From: an uncultured Chloroflexia bacterium
GTDB taxonomy: Bacteria > Chloroflexota > Limnocylindria > Limnocylindrales > CSP1-4
NCBI GenBank assembly: GCA_963735865.1
Contig: CAVTML010000002.1
Span: forward strand, 1,491,219-1,555,218
DNA length: 64,000 nt
Direction: 5' to 3'
Part shown: one piece after another, positions 39,471 to 48,320 of the stretch
Numbering within the stretch: the first letter of the stretch is position 1
Layout: each line of letters starts with the position of its first letter
Program-made: the position numbers and the translations under genes
The notes under the pieces: model-generated
Told to the model about the DNA's origin: nothing
Seen by the model: the letters and a program-made list of their open reading frames with translations, nothing else
Databases searched by the model: none

Positions 39471-39964
39471 GAGGCGGCCGCGTGGCGCGAGGAATCGTCG
39501 GCCAGGGTCTCGAGCGCGTGCGGCACGAGGTCCAGGACCGCCTCCAGCGAGTCGGCCGCCCCACCGGGGCTGCCTGGCAGGGCCAGGACGAGCGTCCGAC
39601 TCATCACCCCGGCGAACGACCGTGAGAGCGAGGCGAACGGGGTGGCGCGGCGGCCCTCGGCACGCATCACCTCGCCGAAGCCGGGGATCTCGTAGTCCAG
39701 CAGCGAGCGGAGCGCCTGCGGCGTGACGTCGCGCGGCGTCAGTCCGGTGCCGCCGGTCAGGACGACCAGGGCGTGGCTGGCAGCGGCGCGGCGCACGGCT
39801 TCCACGATGGCGATGGGCTCATCCGGCACCACGCCCCGTGACACCACGTAGCCGGCGGCCTCCAGACGCGTGGTCAACCGGGCGCCGCTGAGGTCCTCAC
39901 GCGTGCCGGAGCTGACCCCGTCGCTCACCGTGAGCACGTGCGCGGCGGCACGGGCCTCGCCCAT
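39467..39964 (-). CDS. moaB: Molybdenum cofactor biosynthesis protein MoaB/MogA family
   Basis: 'VLTGGTGLTPRDVT' and 'LPGSPGGA' MoCF_biosynth motifs. Confidence 0.8.
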   Translation of the reverse strand: MGEARAAAHVLTVSDGVSSGTREDLSGARLTTRLEAAGYVVSRGVVPDEPIAIVEAVRRAAASHALVVLTGGTGLTPRDVTPQALRSLLDYEIPGFGEVMRAEGRRATPFASLSRSFAGVMSRTLVLALPGSPGGAADSLEAVLDLVPHALETLADDSSRHAAAS

Positions 39965-39967
39965 CGC

Positions 39968-40549
39968 TCAGCCGGCGCGTCGCGGCCCGCGGACGCCGCG
40001 CGGCGGGCGGGGTCGCGCCACCTCCGCGGATGCCGCCTCGGGCGCGGGGCGGTGCCACTCCCCGCTGCGTCCGCCGCTCTTCTCGGTCACCCGCAGGGCG
40101 CGGATCTCCGCGCCGCGATCGACGCCCTTGATCATGTCGTAGACGGTCAGCGCCGCGACCGCGGCGCCGGTCAGGGCCTCCATCTCGACGCCCGTCTGGG
40201 CCACGGTGGCCGCGGTCACCCGGATGGTGAGGAGTGACCGCGCGCGATCGGGCCGGACCTCCACCACCAGGTCGGACAGGGGGATGGGATGGCACAGCGG
40301 GATGAGTTCGGACGTCCGCTTGGCACCCATCACGCCGGCCAGCTCGGCCACGGTGAGGACGTCGCCCTTGGCGGCCCCGCCGTCGATGATCAGGGACAGC
40401 GTCTCCTGCGCCATCGTGACCTCGGCCTCGGCCACCGCCCGGCGCGCCGTGACGGGTTTGTCGCTCACGTCGACCATGCGCGGCCGGCCCGTCCGGTCGA
40501 CGTGCGTCAGCCGTCGCCGGTCGACCCGCTTGCCTGGTCCGAGCGCCAT
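39968..40549 (-). CDS. moaC: Cyclic pyranopterin monophosphate synthase accessory protein MoaC
   Basis: 'LTHVDRTGRPRMVDVSDK' and 'LIPLCHPIPL' motifs. Confidence 0.85.
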   Translation of the reverse strand: MALGPGKRVDRRRLTHVDRTGRPRMVDVSDKPVTARRAVAEAEVTMAQETLSLIIDGGAAKGDVLTVAELAGVMGAKRTSELIPLCHPIPLSDLVVEVRPDRARSLLTIRVTAATVAQTGVEMEALTGAAVAALTVYDMIKGVDRGAEIRALRVTEKSGGRSGEWHRPAPEAASAEVARPRPPRGVRGPRRAG

Positions 40550-41841
40550 CAGTCTCCTTCCGCGTGCAGGGGCCATACCTCGATCTCGGCCCCCGCGGGC
40601 ATCTCCCGGACCTCCTCAGGCACGACCGCCAGCGCATCCGCGGCGGCCAGCGCCGACAGCACGTGCGAGCCCTGGCCACCGGCCAGCGCCGCCAGCCAGG
40701 CCCCCGGGCGGTCGGGGTCCGGGGCCAGTGTGACGCGCAGGAACGCCCGCCGCTCGTCGTGCTTGACGATGGGTTGGGCCAGGCGGGCGCGCCGTCGCTC
40801 GCGAGCTTCCGGATCGGTGTGGCCGGCCAGCCGGCGCAGGACCGGGCGGACGAAGAGCTGGAACGTCACGAAGCTGCTCACCGGGTTGCCCGGCAGCCCG
40901 AAGAGCAGGACGTCGTGCGCGCCGCGGCTGGCGCGGGCGAAGGCCAGCGGCTTGCCGGGCTGCACGGCCACGCGCCACAGCGCCAGACGGCCGACCGACT
41001 CAAGGGCCAGGCGTACGACGTCACGGGCACCCATCGACACGCCGCCGCTGGTCAGCACCAGGTCGGATGTCGCGATCGCGTCGGTCAGCACCCGGGTGAT
41101 CGAGGGCAGGTCGTCGGCCACCGACGCGGCACGGGTCGCGGCCGCCCCTTCGGCGGTGGCCAGCGCGGTCAGCATGGGGCCGTTGCTGTCGTGGATCTGG
41201 CCCGCCTGCAGGGCCACCCCCGGCGCGACCAGCTCGTCGCCCGACGAGATCACGGTGACCCGCGGGCGGCGGTGGACGCGCACCGTCCCGTAGCCGCTCG
41301 AGGCGAGCAGCGCCAGCGTCGCCGGCCGCACGACCTGGCCCGCCGCGGCGACCGGCTGGCCGGCCCGGACGTCGCTGCCCGGCGCCCGCACGTGCTCGCC
41401 GGCCGCCACGACCCGTCGCACGGCCACGCGCGCGGGCAGGTCGGCCACGCCCCACGGCGCGTCGGTGTCCTCGACGGGCACCACCGTGTCGGCCCCGTCC
41501 GGCAGCATCGCACCGGTGAAGATGCGCACGGCCGTGCCGGCCGCCACCGACCGATGAGCGGGCTGGCCGGCGGCGAGCTCGCCGATGACCGTCAGCTCCA
41601 CCGGGCGCTCGGATGTGGCGTCGGTCACATCGGCGCTCCGTACGGCGAATCCGTCCATGGCCGAATTGGCCCAGGGCGGCATCGTGACGCGCGCCGTCAG
41701 CGGTTCCGCGAGCACTCGCCCGACGGCCGTCTCAAGGGCGATCTCCTCCGCCGGCAGCGGGGCCACGCCCGCGAGCATCCGCTCCAGGGCGACCTCCAGG
41801 CGCAGGAGCGGCGCGGTCGGGTCGGCGACCACGCTGGTCAT
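40549..41841 (-). CDS. moeA: Molybdopterin molybdenumtransferase MoeA
   Basis: 'MPPWANSAMDGFAVR', 'GGVSMG' and 'LPGNPVSSFVTF' motifs. ATGA overlap with the upstream gene. Confidence 0.85.
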   Translation of the reverse strand: MTSVVADPTAPLLRLEVALERMLAGVAPLPAEEIALETAVGRVLAEPLTARVTMPPWANSAMDGFAVRSADVTDATSERPVELTVIGELAAGQPAHRSVAAGTAVRIFTGAMLPDGADTVVPVEDTDAPWGVADLPARVAVRRVVAAGEHVRAPGSDVRAGQPVAAAGQVVRPATLALLASSGYGTVRVHRRPRVTVISSGDELVAPGVALQAGQIHDSNGPMLTALATAEGAAATRAASVADDLPSITRVLTDAIATSDLVLTSGGVSMGARDVVRLALESVGRLALWRVAVQPGKPLAFARASRGAHDVLLFGLPGNPVSSFVTFQLFVRPVLRRLAGHTDPEARERRRARLAQPIVKHDERRAFLRVTLAPDPDRPGAWLAALAGGQGSHVLSALAAADALAVVPEEVREMPAGAEIEVWPLHAEGD

Positions 41842-43010
41842 TCGGTCGTCGCGCCCGCCGCCTGGGCCTTGCGCCGCATGCGCAGCGTGCGGAAGACGCT
41901 GTCGCGGGTCACCAGGCCCACGAGGTGCTTCGGGTCGGTCGGGTCGACCACGGGCAGGCCCTCCACCCGGGAGGCGTCGAAGCGCAGCACCGCGTCCCAC
42001 AACGGGTCCAGCTCATGGACCGTCACCAGCGCCTCGAACCGCTTCATGACATCGGCCACGCGCGTCGTGCCCCGCCGGCTGCGGGGGATCCGCTTGATGC
42101 TGGCCAGGTCGACCGCGCCGGTCAGGTTCCCGTCGAGGACCACGGGGTAGTACAGCGAGCCGGCCAGATCGGTCTGCTGCTCCAGCGTGTCGAGGGTCAG
42201 GTTCTGGGTCACCACCGGGTAGTCGTGGAGCATGACGTCGGCCACCCGCAGCCCCTTGACGAGGCGCTCCACCGCCACCCGCCGGTAACCGCCCTCGGCC
42301 GCCTGGCCAAGGAACCAGCCGATGAGCACGATCCACAGGCCGACCAGGACATCGAACCCCCCAGCGACGACGATGCCGGCTCCCACCAGCCCCCAGCCCA
42401 GGACCCGCCCGATGACCGAAGCGACCCGGGTGGCCCGCACGAAGTCGCCGGTCACGGCCCACGCGACGCCGCGCAGCAGGCGACCCCCATCGAGCGGGAA
42501 GGCCGGCAGCAGGTTCACGGCCGCCAGGAAGAGGTTGCTGACGCCGACCCAGAACGCGATCGTGCCGGCAGCGATCAGGAGGTCACCGGCCCCGGCACCG
42601 CCGATCGCGGACGCCAGCACCACCCATGGCACGAGGCAGATCACGCCGATGATGAGGTTCACGACGGGGCCGGCCAGCCCGATGACCAGCTCGGCACGGG
42701 GGCCTGGCGCCTCCTGCTCGAGGCGTGCCGAACCGCCGAAGACGAAGAGCAGGATCTCGTCGACCGCCACACCGAAGCGGCGCCCCACGAGTGCGTGGCC
42801 CAGCTCGTGGGCCAGGACCGAGGCAAAGAAGAGCGCGGCCACGACGGCCGCCAGGACGACCCGCAGGGCGATCGGCAGTTCAGTCTCCCCGTTGGGCTCG
42901 CCGATGATCGCCAGCTGCACCGTGACCAGCAGGAAGATCACGATCCAGCTGGGATGGAGGCGGACGTCGATGCCGAAGATCCGCCCGATGCGGATGGCGC
43001 CCGGCGTCAT
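41838..43010 (-). CDS. Site-2 protease family (M50) zinc metalloprotease with CBS domains
   Basis: 'LAHELGHALV' HExxH within TM. C-terminal tandem CBS-like segments. Confidence 0.8.
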   Translation of the reverse strand: MTPGAIRIGRIFGIDVRLHPSWIVIFLLVTVQLAIIGEPNGETELPIALRVVLAAVVAALFFASVLAHELGHALVGRRFGVAVDEILLFVFGGSARLEQEAPGPRAELVIGLAGPVVNLIIGVICLVPWVVLASAIGGAGAGDLLIAAGTIAFWVGVSNLFLAAVNLLPAFPLDGGRLLRGVAWAVTGDFVRATRVASVIGRVLGWGLVGAGIVVAGGFDVLVGLWIVLIGWFLGQAAEGGYRRVAVERLVKGLRVADVMLHDYPVVTQNLTLDTLEQQTDLAGSLYYPVVLDGNLTGAVDLASIKRIPRSRRGTTRVADVMKRFEALVTVHELDPLWDAVLRFDASRVEGLPVVDPTDPKHLVGLVTRDSVFRTLRMRRKAQAAGATTE

Positions 43011-43714
43011 GCCGGCGTCTCGGGCGGCGGGCCCGCGTCCAGGCGGTCCGCGCGTCGACGGGCGAACCACCACACCACGACGCCGATCAGCACCGCTGCC
43101 CCCACCAGCACGGCGGCGGTCAGTTCCCAGAACGCCGTCGGATACAGCTGCACGAGGTGCTCCGTGGCCGGATCGAACGACCAGTCGCCGCCGGGGAAGA
43201 AGATCTCGTGGAACAACGTGAAGGCTTGTTCGAAGGCCACGGCCGCGAACACCCCGATGACCAGCAGGAACACGGCCATGGAGGCCGCGCCCCGCGCCAC
43301 CGCCCGCCAGAACCAGGCCGCGCCGCGGACCGTGGCGAGGCCGACGACCAGCAGCAGCGCACCGATCGCGGCCAGGGCCAGGAACGCGAACAGCACGACG
43401 TGGACCGCCTGGAGGTGCTGGATCTCGGCCGCATCGTAGAACGGCTGCACGGCGCCCCCGGGCGTCCAGGAGAAGGCGAACGTGCCTGGTCCCGCGTACA
43501 GCTCGTGGATCGTCAGGTCGGACAGCTGGCGGGCCGTGGCCGGCGCCGTGCCCAGGTAGGCCGCGGACTGCGACTGGTCGAGCGCCGGATGCATGTAGAC
43601 AGGCGTGGTCAGGACGAGCAGCACGGCCGCCACGATGACGAGGGCCGTGCCGATGGCTACCCCGATCGAGGCCGCGCGGCGGGCGATCGGGGGGGCCAGG
43701 ACGGCGGTGGTCAC
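43007..43714 (-). CDS. Integral membrane protein (TIGR01906-like)
   Basis: GTG start 43714. Four TM with a conserved-looking 'FHEIFFPGG' segment. Confidence 0.55.
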   Translation of the reverse strand: MTTAVLAPPIARRAASIGVAIGTALVIVAAVLLVLTTPVYMHPALDQSQSAAYLGTAPATARQLSDLTIHELYAGPGTFAFSWTPGGAVQPFYDAAEIQHLQAVHVVLFAFLALAAIGALLLVVGLATVRGAAWFWRAVARGAASMAVFLLVIGVFAAVAFEQAFTLFHEIFFPGGDWSFDPATEHLVQLYPTAFWELTAAVLVGAAVLIGVVVWWFARRRADRLDAGPPPETPA

Positions 43715-43740
43715 GCGCCTATCCTCGCACGCCTCGCGCG

Positions 43741-44130
43741 CTACTCCTCCTGGAGCGTCTGCGCCTGCTCCCACCAGCCCTCGAGCAGGAGGTCGGACGG
43801 CGCATCCACCTGGAGGATGTGGGCCGCTTTGGCCACCCGTGCGCGGAAGTCATCCAGGCTGAGGGCGAGCAGGTCCTGCAGGCCCACGATGCCGGCCTGC
43901 AGCAGCAGCTCCTTCTGGGCGGGGCCCACGCTGGCCAGGTTCAGCAGGAGCGCCTCATCACGCCACTCGTTGACGTCCGTCGTATCGGCCTGGATCTGGT
44001 CGGCCAGGTACTGGCGCCGTGTCGGCGTCTCCGACACCTCCAGCAGCAGGCCGGTGGTGAAGATGCCCTGGCGCAGCAGCTTGTCGATGTAGACGATCGG
44101 CGGGCGCTGGAGCTGGTCGATGGGTGGCAC
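43741..44130 (-). CDS. DUF4332-like helix-hairpin-helix domain protein
   Basis: 129 aa, acidic, with 'ELLLQAGIVGLQDLLALS' HhH-like repeats. Confidence 0.55.
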   Translation of the reverse strand: MPPIDQLQRPPIVYIDKLLRQGIFTTGLLLEVSETPTRRQYLADQIQADTTDVNEWRDEALLLNLASVGPAQKELLLQAGIVGLQDLLALSLDDFRARVAKAAHILQVDAPSDLLLEGWWEQAQTLQEE

Positions 44131-44192
44131 GCATCCATCCTAGCGAACCCGTGAAGCCGCCACCTCGTCCCATGGGCCGCTACTCTCCCCCG

Positions 44193-44684
44193 ATGGCCAG
44201 GACGACCCGACCGACCGTCACGCTCCAGCCCATGACGCCCCATGAATGGCAGGCGTGGCGACTCACGAGCATCACCTCGTTCGCCACGGACACGGTCCGC
44301 ATCGGGGAGTGGCCGGCGGCCGAGGCGGTAGCCCGCGCCACCGCCCAGTTGAAGCAGATCCTGCCGGCCGGCCGCGAGACCCCCGGCCACGAGTTCCGCT
44401 CGATCCTGGCCGAGGACGGCCAGCCGGTAGGTCACCTGTGGTTCGGGCCCCAGCACGGCGCGGGGCCCGCCGTCGCCTTCATCTGGGACATCGCCGCTGT
44501 CGCCGGATCCCGCGGGCAAGGCTATGGGCGGGCCACCCTGGAAGCCCTGGAGCCGGTCGTCCGCGAGCTGGGTTACGAGTCGATCGGCTTGCACGTATTC
44601 GGTAACAACGAGGTCGCCCGCCACCTCTATCGGTCGGTCGGCTACCTCGAGACCGAGGTCTCGATGCAGAAGCGGTTGGTCTGA
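44193..44684 (+). CDS. GNAT family N-acetyltransferase
   Basis: 'RGQGYGRATLEAL' and 'HVFGNNEVARHLYRSVGY' motifs. Alternative starts at 44172 or 44232. Confidence 0.7.
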   Translation: MARTTRPTVTLQPMTPHEWQAWRLTSITSFATDTVRIGEWPAAEAVARATAQLKQILPAGRETPGHEFRSILAEDGQPVGHLWFGPQHGAGPAVAFIWDIAAVAGSRGQGYGRATLEALEPVVRELGYESIGLHVFGNNEVARHLYRSVGYLETEVSMQKRLV

Positions 44685-44830
44685 GCCCCGCGGAACGCAT
44701 CCGCCCAGGCGCGCGAACGGGACATTCGGCTCTGGTGAGGTCTACGCCGGTCGCCGACACTCGACCCGGGCGCGTCCCAGCCCAATACCGCCCGTCCGCC
44801 GGCCGGCGGACCGAGATCCGAGGTGACGTC

Positions 44831-46006
44831 ATGACCCGATTCGTCCTGCGCACGCTGGCCCTGCTCAGCGTGCTGCTCCTGCTGATCGCCCTGGAGGCCA
44901 GCTCGGTCCTGGCGACCAGCTCGCTCGGCGGCAAGGTCCGCTACGCCGACACGATCGTCGTGCCGGCCACGGAGACCGTCGCCTCGGACCTCTACGTCTT
45001 CGGCGGGACCGTCACCATGGATGGCACGGTGCATGGCGATCTCGTGGTCGCCGGCGGCAACGTGCAGGTCGGGGGCAAGGTCGACGGTGACGTCATCGTC
45101 GGCGGCGGCACGGTCGTCCTCACCGGCCCGGTGGGTGGCGCCATCCGCGCGGGAGCCGGTCAGCTCACGATCAGCGGCGACGTCCAGCGCGACGTCCTCG
45201 CCGGCAGCGGCACGTTGCTCATCACGAGCGGCGCCCACGTCGGCGGTGACCTCATCTTCGCGGCCGGCCAGACGACCCTCAACGGCGATGTTGCCGGCAG
45301 CATCCAGGGGCAGGCCAGCACCTACGCTCGATCCGGCGCGGTCGGCGGCACCGAGGACGTCACCATCACCCCGACCACGGCATCCGTCGCGGCGCCGGCG
45401 GCCACCCCCGAGAGCATCATCCTTGGCGCCCTCCGCCACTTCATCGTCGTGCTGCTCTTCGGCGCGCTGGCGCTGTGGCTGATGCCGCGCGGCCTGCGGG
45501 CCGCCGACGAAGTCGTGCGCCGACGCCCCCTCCCCGCGCTCGGCAGCGGCGTGGTAGCCCTGTTCGGCTACGCGGTGCTGATCGTGGCCCTGCTCGTCCT
45601 GATGGTCGTCCTGGCCATCGCCTTCGGACTCCTGACCCTGGGCAGTCTGGTGGCGGTCGACGTGTTCACCTGGCTGCTGGCCACCGGCGGCATCACCCTG
45701 GGCTTCATCCTGGCCGCGGCGTTCATCGCCGATGGCGTCGTGGGCCTGGCCCTGGGGCGCCTCGTGCTGCGGAACGCCACCGTCGGGCGCTGGCAGGAGC
45801 TGGCGGTCCTCGCCGCGGGTGCGGCGGCGGTCGTCATCGTGACGTCCGTGCCGCTCATCGGCCCTTGGATCAAGCTCGCCGTGGTCCTCCTGGGCCTGGG
45901 CGCCCTGACGATGGTCGCCTGGGCGACCTGGAGGGGCCGCCGTGGCGTGCCGCTGTCGGCCGCACCGCTGCCGCCGCTTCCCCCGGTCGCGGCGACGCCG
46001 GCCTGA
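44831..46006 (+). CDS. Bactofilin-like (polymer-forming cytoskeletal repeat) domain fused to a C-terminal multi-TM domain
   Basis: Start 'MTRFVLRTLALL' is preceded by GAGGTGA. Repeated 'G.V.GDV...GG.V' beta-helical repeats, then about five TM helices. Confidence 0.65.
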   Translation: MTRFVLRTLALLSVLLLLIALEASSVLATSSLGGKVRYADTIVVPATETVASDLYVFGGTVTMDGTVHGDLVVAGGNVQVGGKVDGDVIVGGGTVVLTGPVGGAIRAGAGQLTISGDVQRDVLAGSGTLLITSGAHVGGDLIFAAGQTTLNGDVAGSIQGQASTYARSGAVGGTEDVTITPTTASVAAPAATPESIILGALRHFIVVLLFGALALWLMPRGLRAADEVVRRRPLPALGSGVVALFGYAVLIVALLVLMVVLAIAFGLLTLGSLVAVDVFTWLLATGGITLGFILAAAFIADGVVGLALGRLVLRNATVGRWQELAVLAAGAAAVVIVTSVPLIGPWIKLAVVLLGLGALTMVAWATWRGRRGVPLSAAPLPPLPPVAATPA

Positions 46007-46026
46007 CCGGTCGCGGCCGGTGATGG

Positions 46027-46635
46027 TCAGCTGATCGAATAGGCGACCGTCACCGTCACGACCAGCTGCTCGCTGGTGGGCGTACTCGGCACGGTGACGC
46101 CCGCAGCCGGCGGGATGACCGTTCCGCTCGATGACGGCACCGTCTCCGGGGAACCGGAGGCGCCCATGGGCATGACCCCGACGTAGCCACCGCCGACCGA
46201 CACGCTCATCGAGACCACGCTCCCAAGGGTGACTCCGGCTTCGCCTGCCGCCGCCTGAGCCTGGCTCTTGGCATCGGCCACCGCTGCCGCCAGGGCCGTT
46301 CGCTGGGCGCTCGCGCGGTCGCTGCCGTCGGCCCTCATGGTCGCCGTGCCGCTGCCGCTGACGACGAGCTCGTGATCGGGCGCCAGGCCTGAGCTACCGC
46401 CAAAGACGGGGTAGGGATACGCGATGGCGGAGTTCGGGGCGCTCGCCGCGCTGGTCCCGCCGCCGGGAGCGACGTCGAGCTGGCCGACGGCCGGTACCCC
46501 GGTGCCGCCACCGGGCGTCGTCGCGGGTGCCGCCGACCCCGTTGCCGCACAGCCGGCAAGCAGCAGGGCGACCATCGGGACGGCGACGACGAGTCGCCGA
46601 CTGCGGATGCGAGCACGGGTGGTGGCACGTTCCAT
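46027..46635 (-). CDS. SIMPL-domain (DUF541) lipoprotein
   Basis: Lipobox 'LLAGCAA'. C-terminal 'QLVVTVTVAYSI' typical of SIMPL proteins. Confidence 0.7.
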   Translation of the reverse strand: MERATTRARIRSRRLVVAVPMVALLLAGCAATGSAAPATTPGGGTGVPAVGQLDVAPGGGTSAASAPNSAIAYPYPVFGGSSGLAPDHELVVSGSGTATMRADGSDRASAQRTALAAAVADAKSQAQAAAGEAGVTLGSVVSMSVSVGGGYVGVMPMGASGSPETVPSSSGTVIPPAAGVTVPSTPTSEQLVVTVTVAYSIS

Positions 46636-46746
46636 CGAGGCGTCTCCTTGGTGCGGTCGCCGGTGGGTTGCGGGCGTATGGCCGGGAAGACGCCACGATC
46701 CGGCGCGCGGTTCCCCGGGTGCGCCGGGGTTTGCCAGAATGGCCCC

Positions 46747-47724
46747 ATGCCCCTGCTCGTCTTCGTCGTGGCCGCCGCTCTGTCCGCGGGGTCCAGCGTC
46801 CTCCTCGTCTCACGCCTCGAGCGGGTCGGTGAGCGCCTGGCGCTCGCGGAAGCGCTGCTGGGCCTCGTCGTCGCCCTGGCCGCGGATGGGCCGGAGATCA
46901 CCTCGGCCCTCACCGCGGTCACGACCGGCCAGCGCGAGATCGGGGTCGGGGTGGCACTTGGCTCGAATGCCTTCAACCTCGCCGCGATGCTTGGCCTGAG
47001 CGCGCTCGCCGCCGGCGGTCTCCGTCTGCCCCGCTCAGCGACGATGCTGGAGGGCTCGCTCGCGCTGGTCATCGCGCTCATCGCGGTCGCCGTCGTGATG
47101 GTCTGGATCGGGCCGGCCCTGGGCCTCGTGCTGGGCCTGACGGCATTCCTGCCGTATGTGTTCCTGTGCGCCCTGACCCCCTCGAGACGAGCGCGGCTGC
47201 CGCTTCCCCGCCCCTTGTTGACGTGGCTTCGCCGTGCCATCGACGCGGAGCGGGTCACCATCGAACGGGCCCCGCGCGCCACCTCGGTCGACTGGGCCGT
47301 CGCCGGGGGGGCGGCGCTCGCCGTGATCGGGGCCAGTGTCGTCATGGAACAGTCGGCCACGACCATGGGCCAGCAGGCCGGCATCCCCACGATCGTCATC
47401 GGCGGCCTCGTCCTCGCCGCCGTCACGAGCCTGCCCAACGCGGTAGCGGCGATCTACCTCACGCTGCGGGGTCGCGGCGTCGCCGCCATGAGCGAGGCCT
47501 TCCACAGCAACGCCTTCAATGTCCTCCTGGCGCTGCTCCTCCCTGCGGTCATCGTGGGTCTGGGATCGCCCACGAGTGGCGGGGGGCTGGCGGCGTTCAC
47601 GTACCTCGCGCTCACCGCCGCGGCCGTCGGCTTCGCCCTGGCGGGCCGGGGACTGGGCCGGCCGGCCGGGCTCGTCCTCATGTGCGGCTATCTTGGGTAC
47701 GTAGCGTTGGTGATCGCGACCTGA
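46747..47724 (+). CDS. Sodium/calcium exchanger (CaCA) family membrane protein
   Basis: Two internal repeats with 'GSNAFNLAAMLG' and 'HSNAFNVLLALL' alpha-repeat motifs. Confidence 0.8.
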   Translation: MPLLVFVVAAALSAGSSVLLVSRLERVGERLALAEALLGLVVALAADGPEITSALTAVTTGQREIGVGVALGSNAFNLAAMLGLSALAAGGLRLPRSATMLEGSLALVIALIAVAVVMVWIGPALGLVLGLTAFLPYVFLCALTPSRRARLPLPRPLLTWLRRAIDAERVTIERAPRATSVDWAVAGGAALAVIGASVVMEQSATTMGQQAGIPTIVIGGLVLAAVTSLPNAVAAIYLTLRGRGVAAMSEAFHSNAFNVLLALLLPAVIVGLGSPTSGGGLAAFTYLALTAAAVGFALAGRGLGRPAGLVLMCGYLGYVALVIAT

Positions 47725-47737
47725 CGCACCGGGCCGG

Positions 47738-48244
47738 TCAGTTCGGATGGTGCGCGAACGGCGGCATGAAGGGCGGCCGGCCGCGATCCGGCTCGGCCGG
47801 CGGTGCGATCACCAGGCTGAGCGCCAGACCGACGAGCGATACCACCAGGATCGCCGCGGCGAGCGGTCCGGCGACGCTCGCTGCCACAATGAGCGCCCGG
47901 TCGGTCGGCGAGATCGTTGCCACATCCGCAAGGATGGCCAGCGCGACCACCGCGGAGATCAGCCACGGCCCGTGGTCCGGCCGCCGCAGCAGGGTGATGC
48001 TCAGGCCAAGCACCAAGGCGACACCGATCAGGGCCGCGGACGCCGCCTCGACGTAGGCACCGGCGTCGGCTGCCCGGGCCGCGGCGATCTGCGCCAGCCC
48101 GATGTAGCGCGCGGCGACGATCAGGGCCAGCGGCACGGCCGCCAGCCACAGGAGCGTGACGGCGATGCCGAAGACCCGCACGCTCTGTCCGATGACGCGT
48201 CGCACGAGGTTCACCTGCTCCCGGTGGGGCGGCAGTACGGACAC
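47738..48244 (-). CDS. Hypothetical membrane protein
   Basis: 168 aa with four TM. Confidence 0.5.
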   Translation of the reverse strand: MSVLPPHREQVNLVRRVIGQSVRVFGIAVTLLWLAAVPLALIVAARYIGLAQIAAARAADAGAYVEAASAALIGVALVLGLSITLLRRPDHGPWLISAVVALAILADVATISPTDRALIVAASVAGPLAAAILVVSLVGLALSLVIAPPAEPDRGRPPFMPPFAHHPN

Positions 48245-48320
48245 GCACCGTGCCCTGAGCGGACGATGGTGCTCCGGACCGGGGTGGTCAAGGGCCGGAT
48301 GGCCCGTGCCACCGGCGCGA

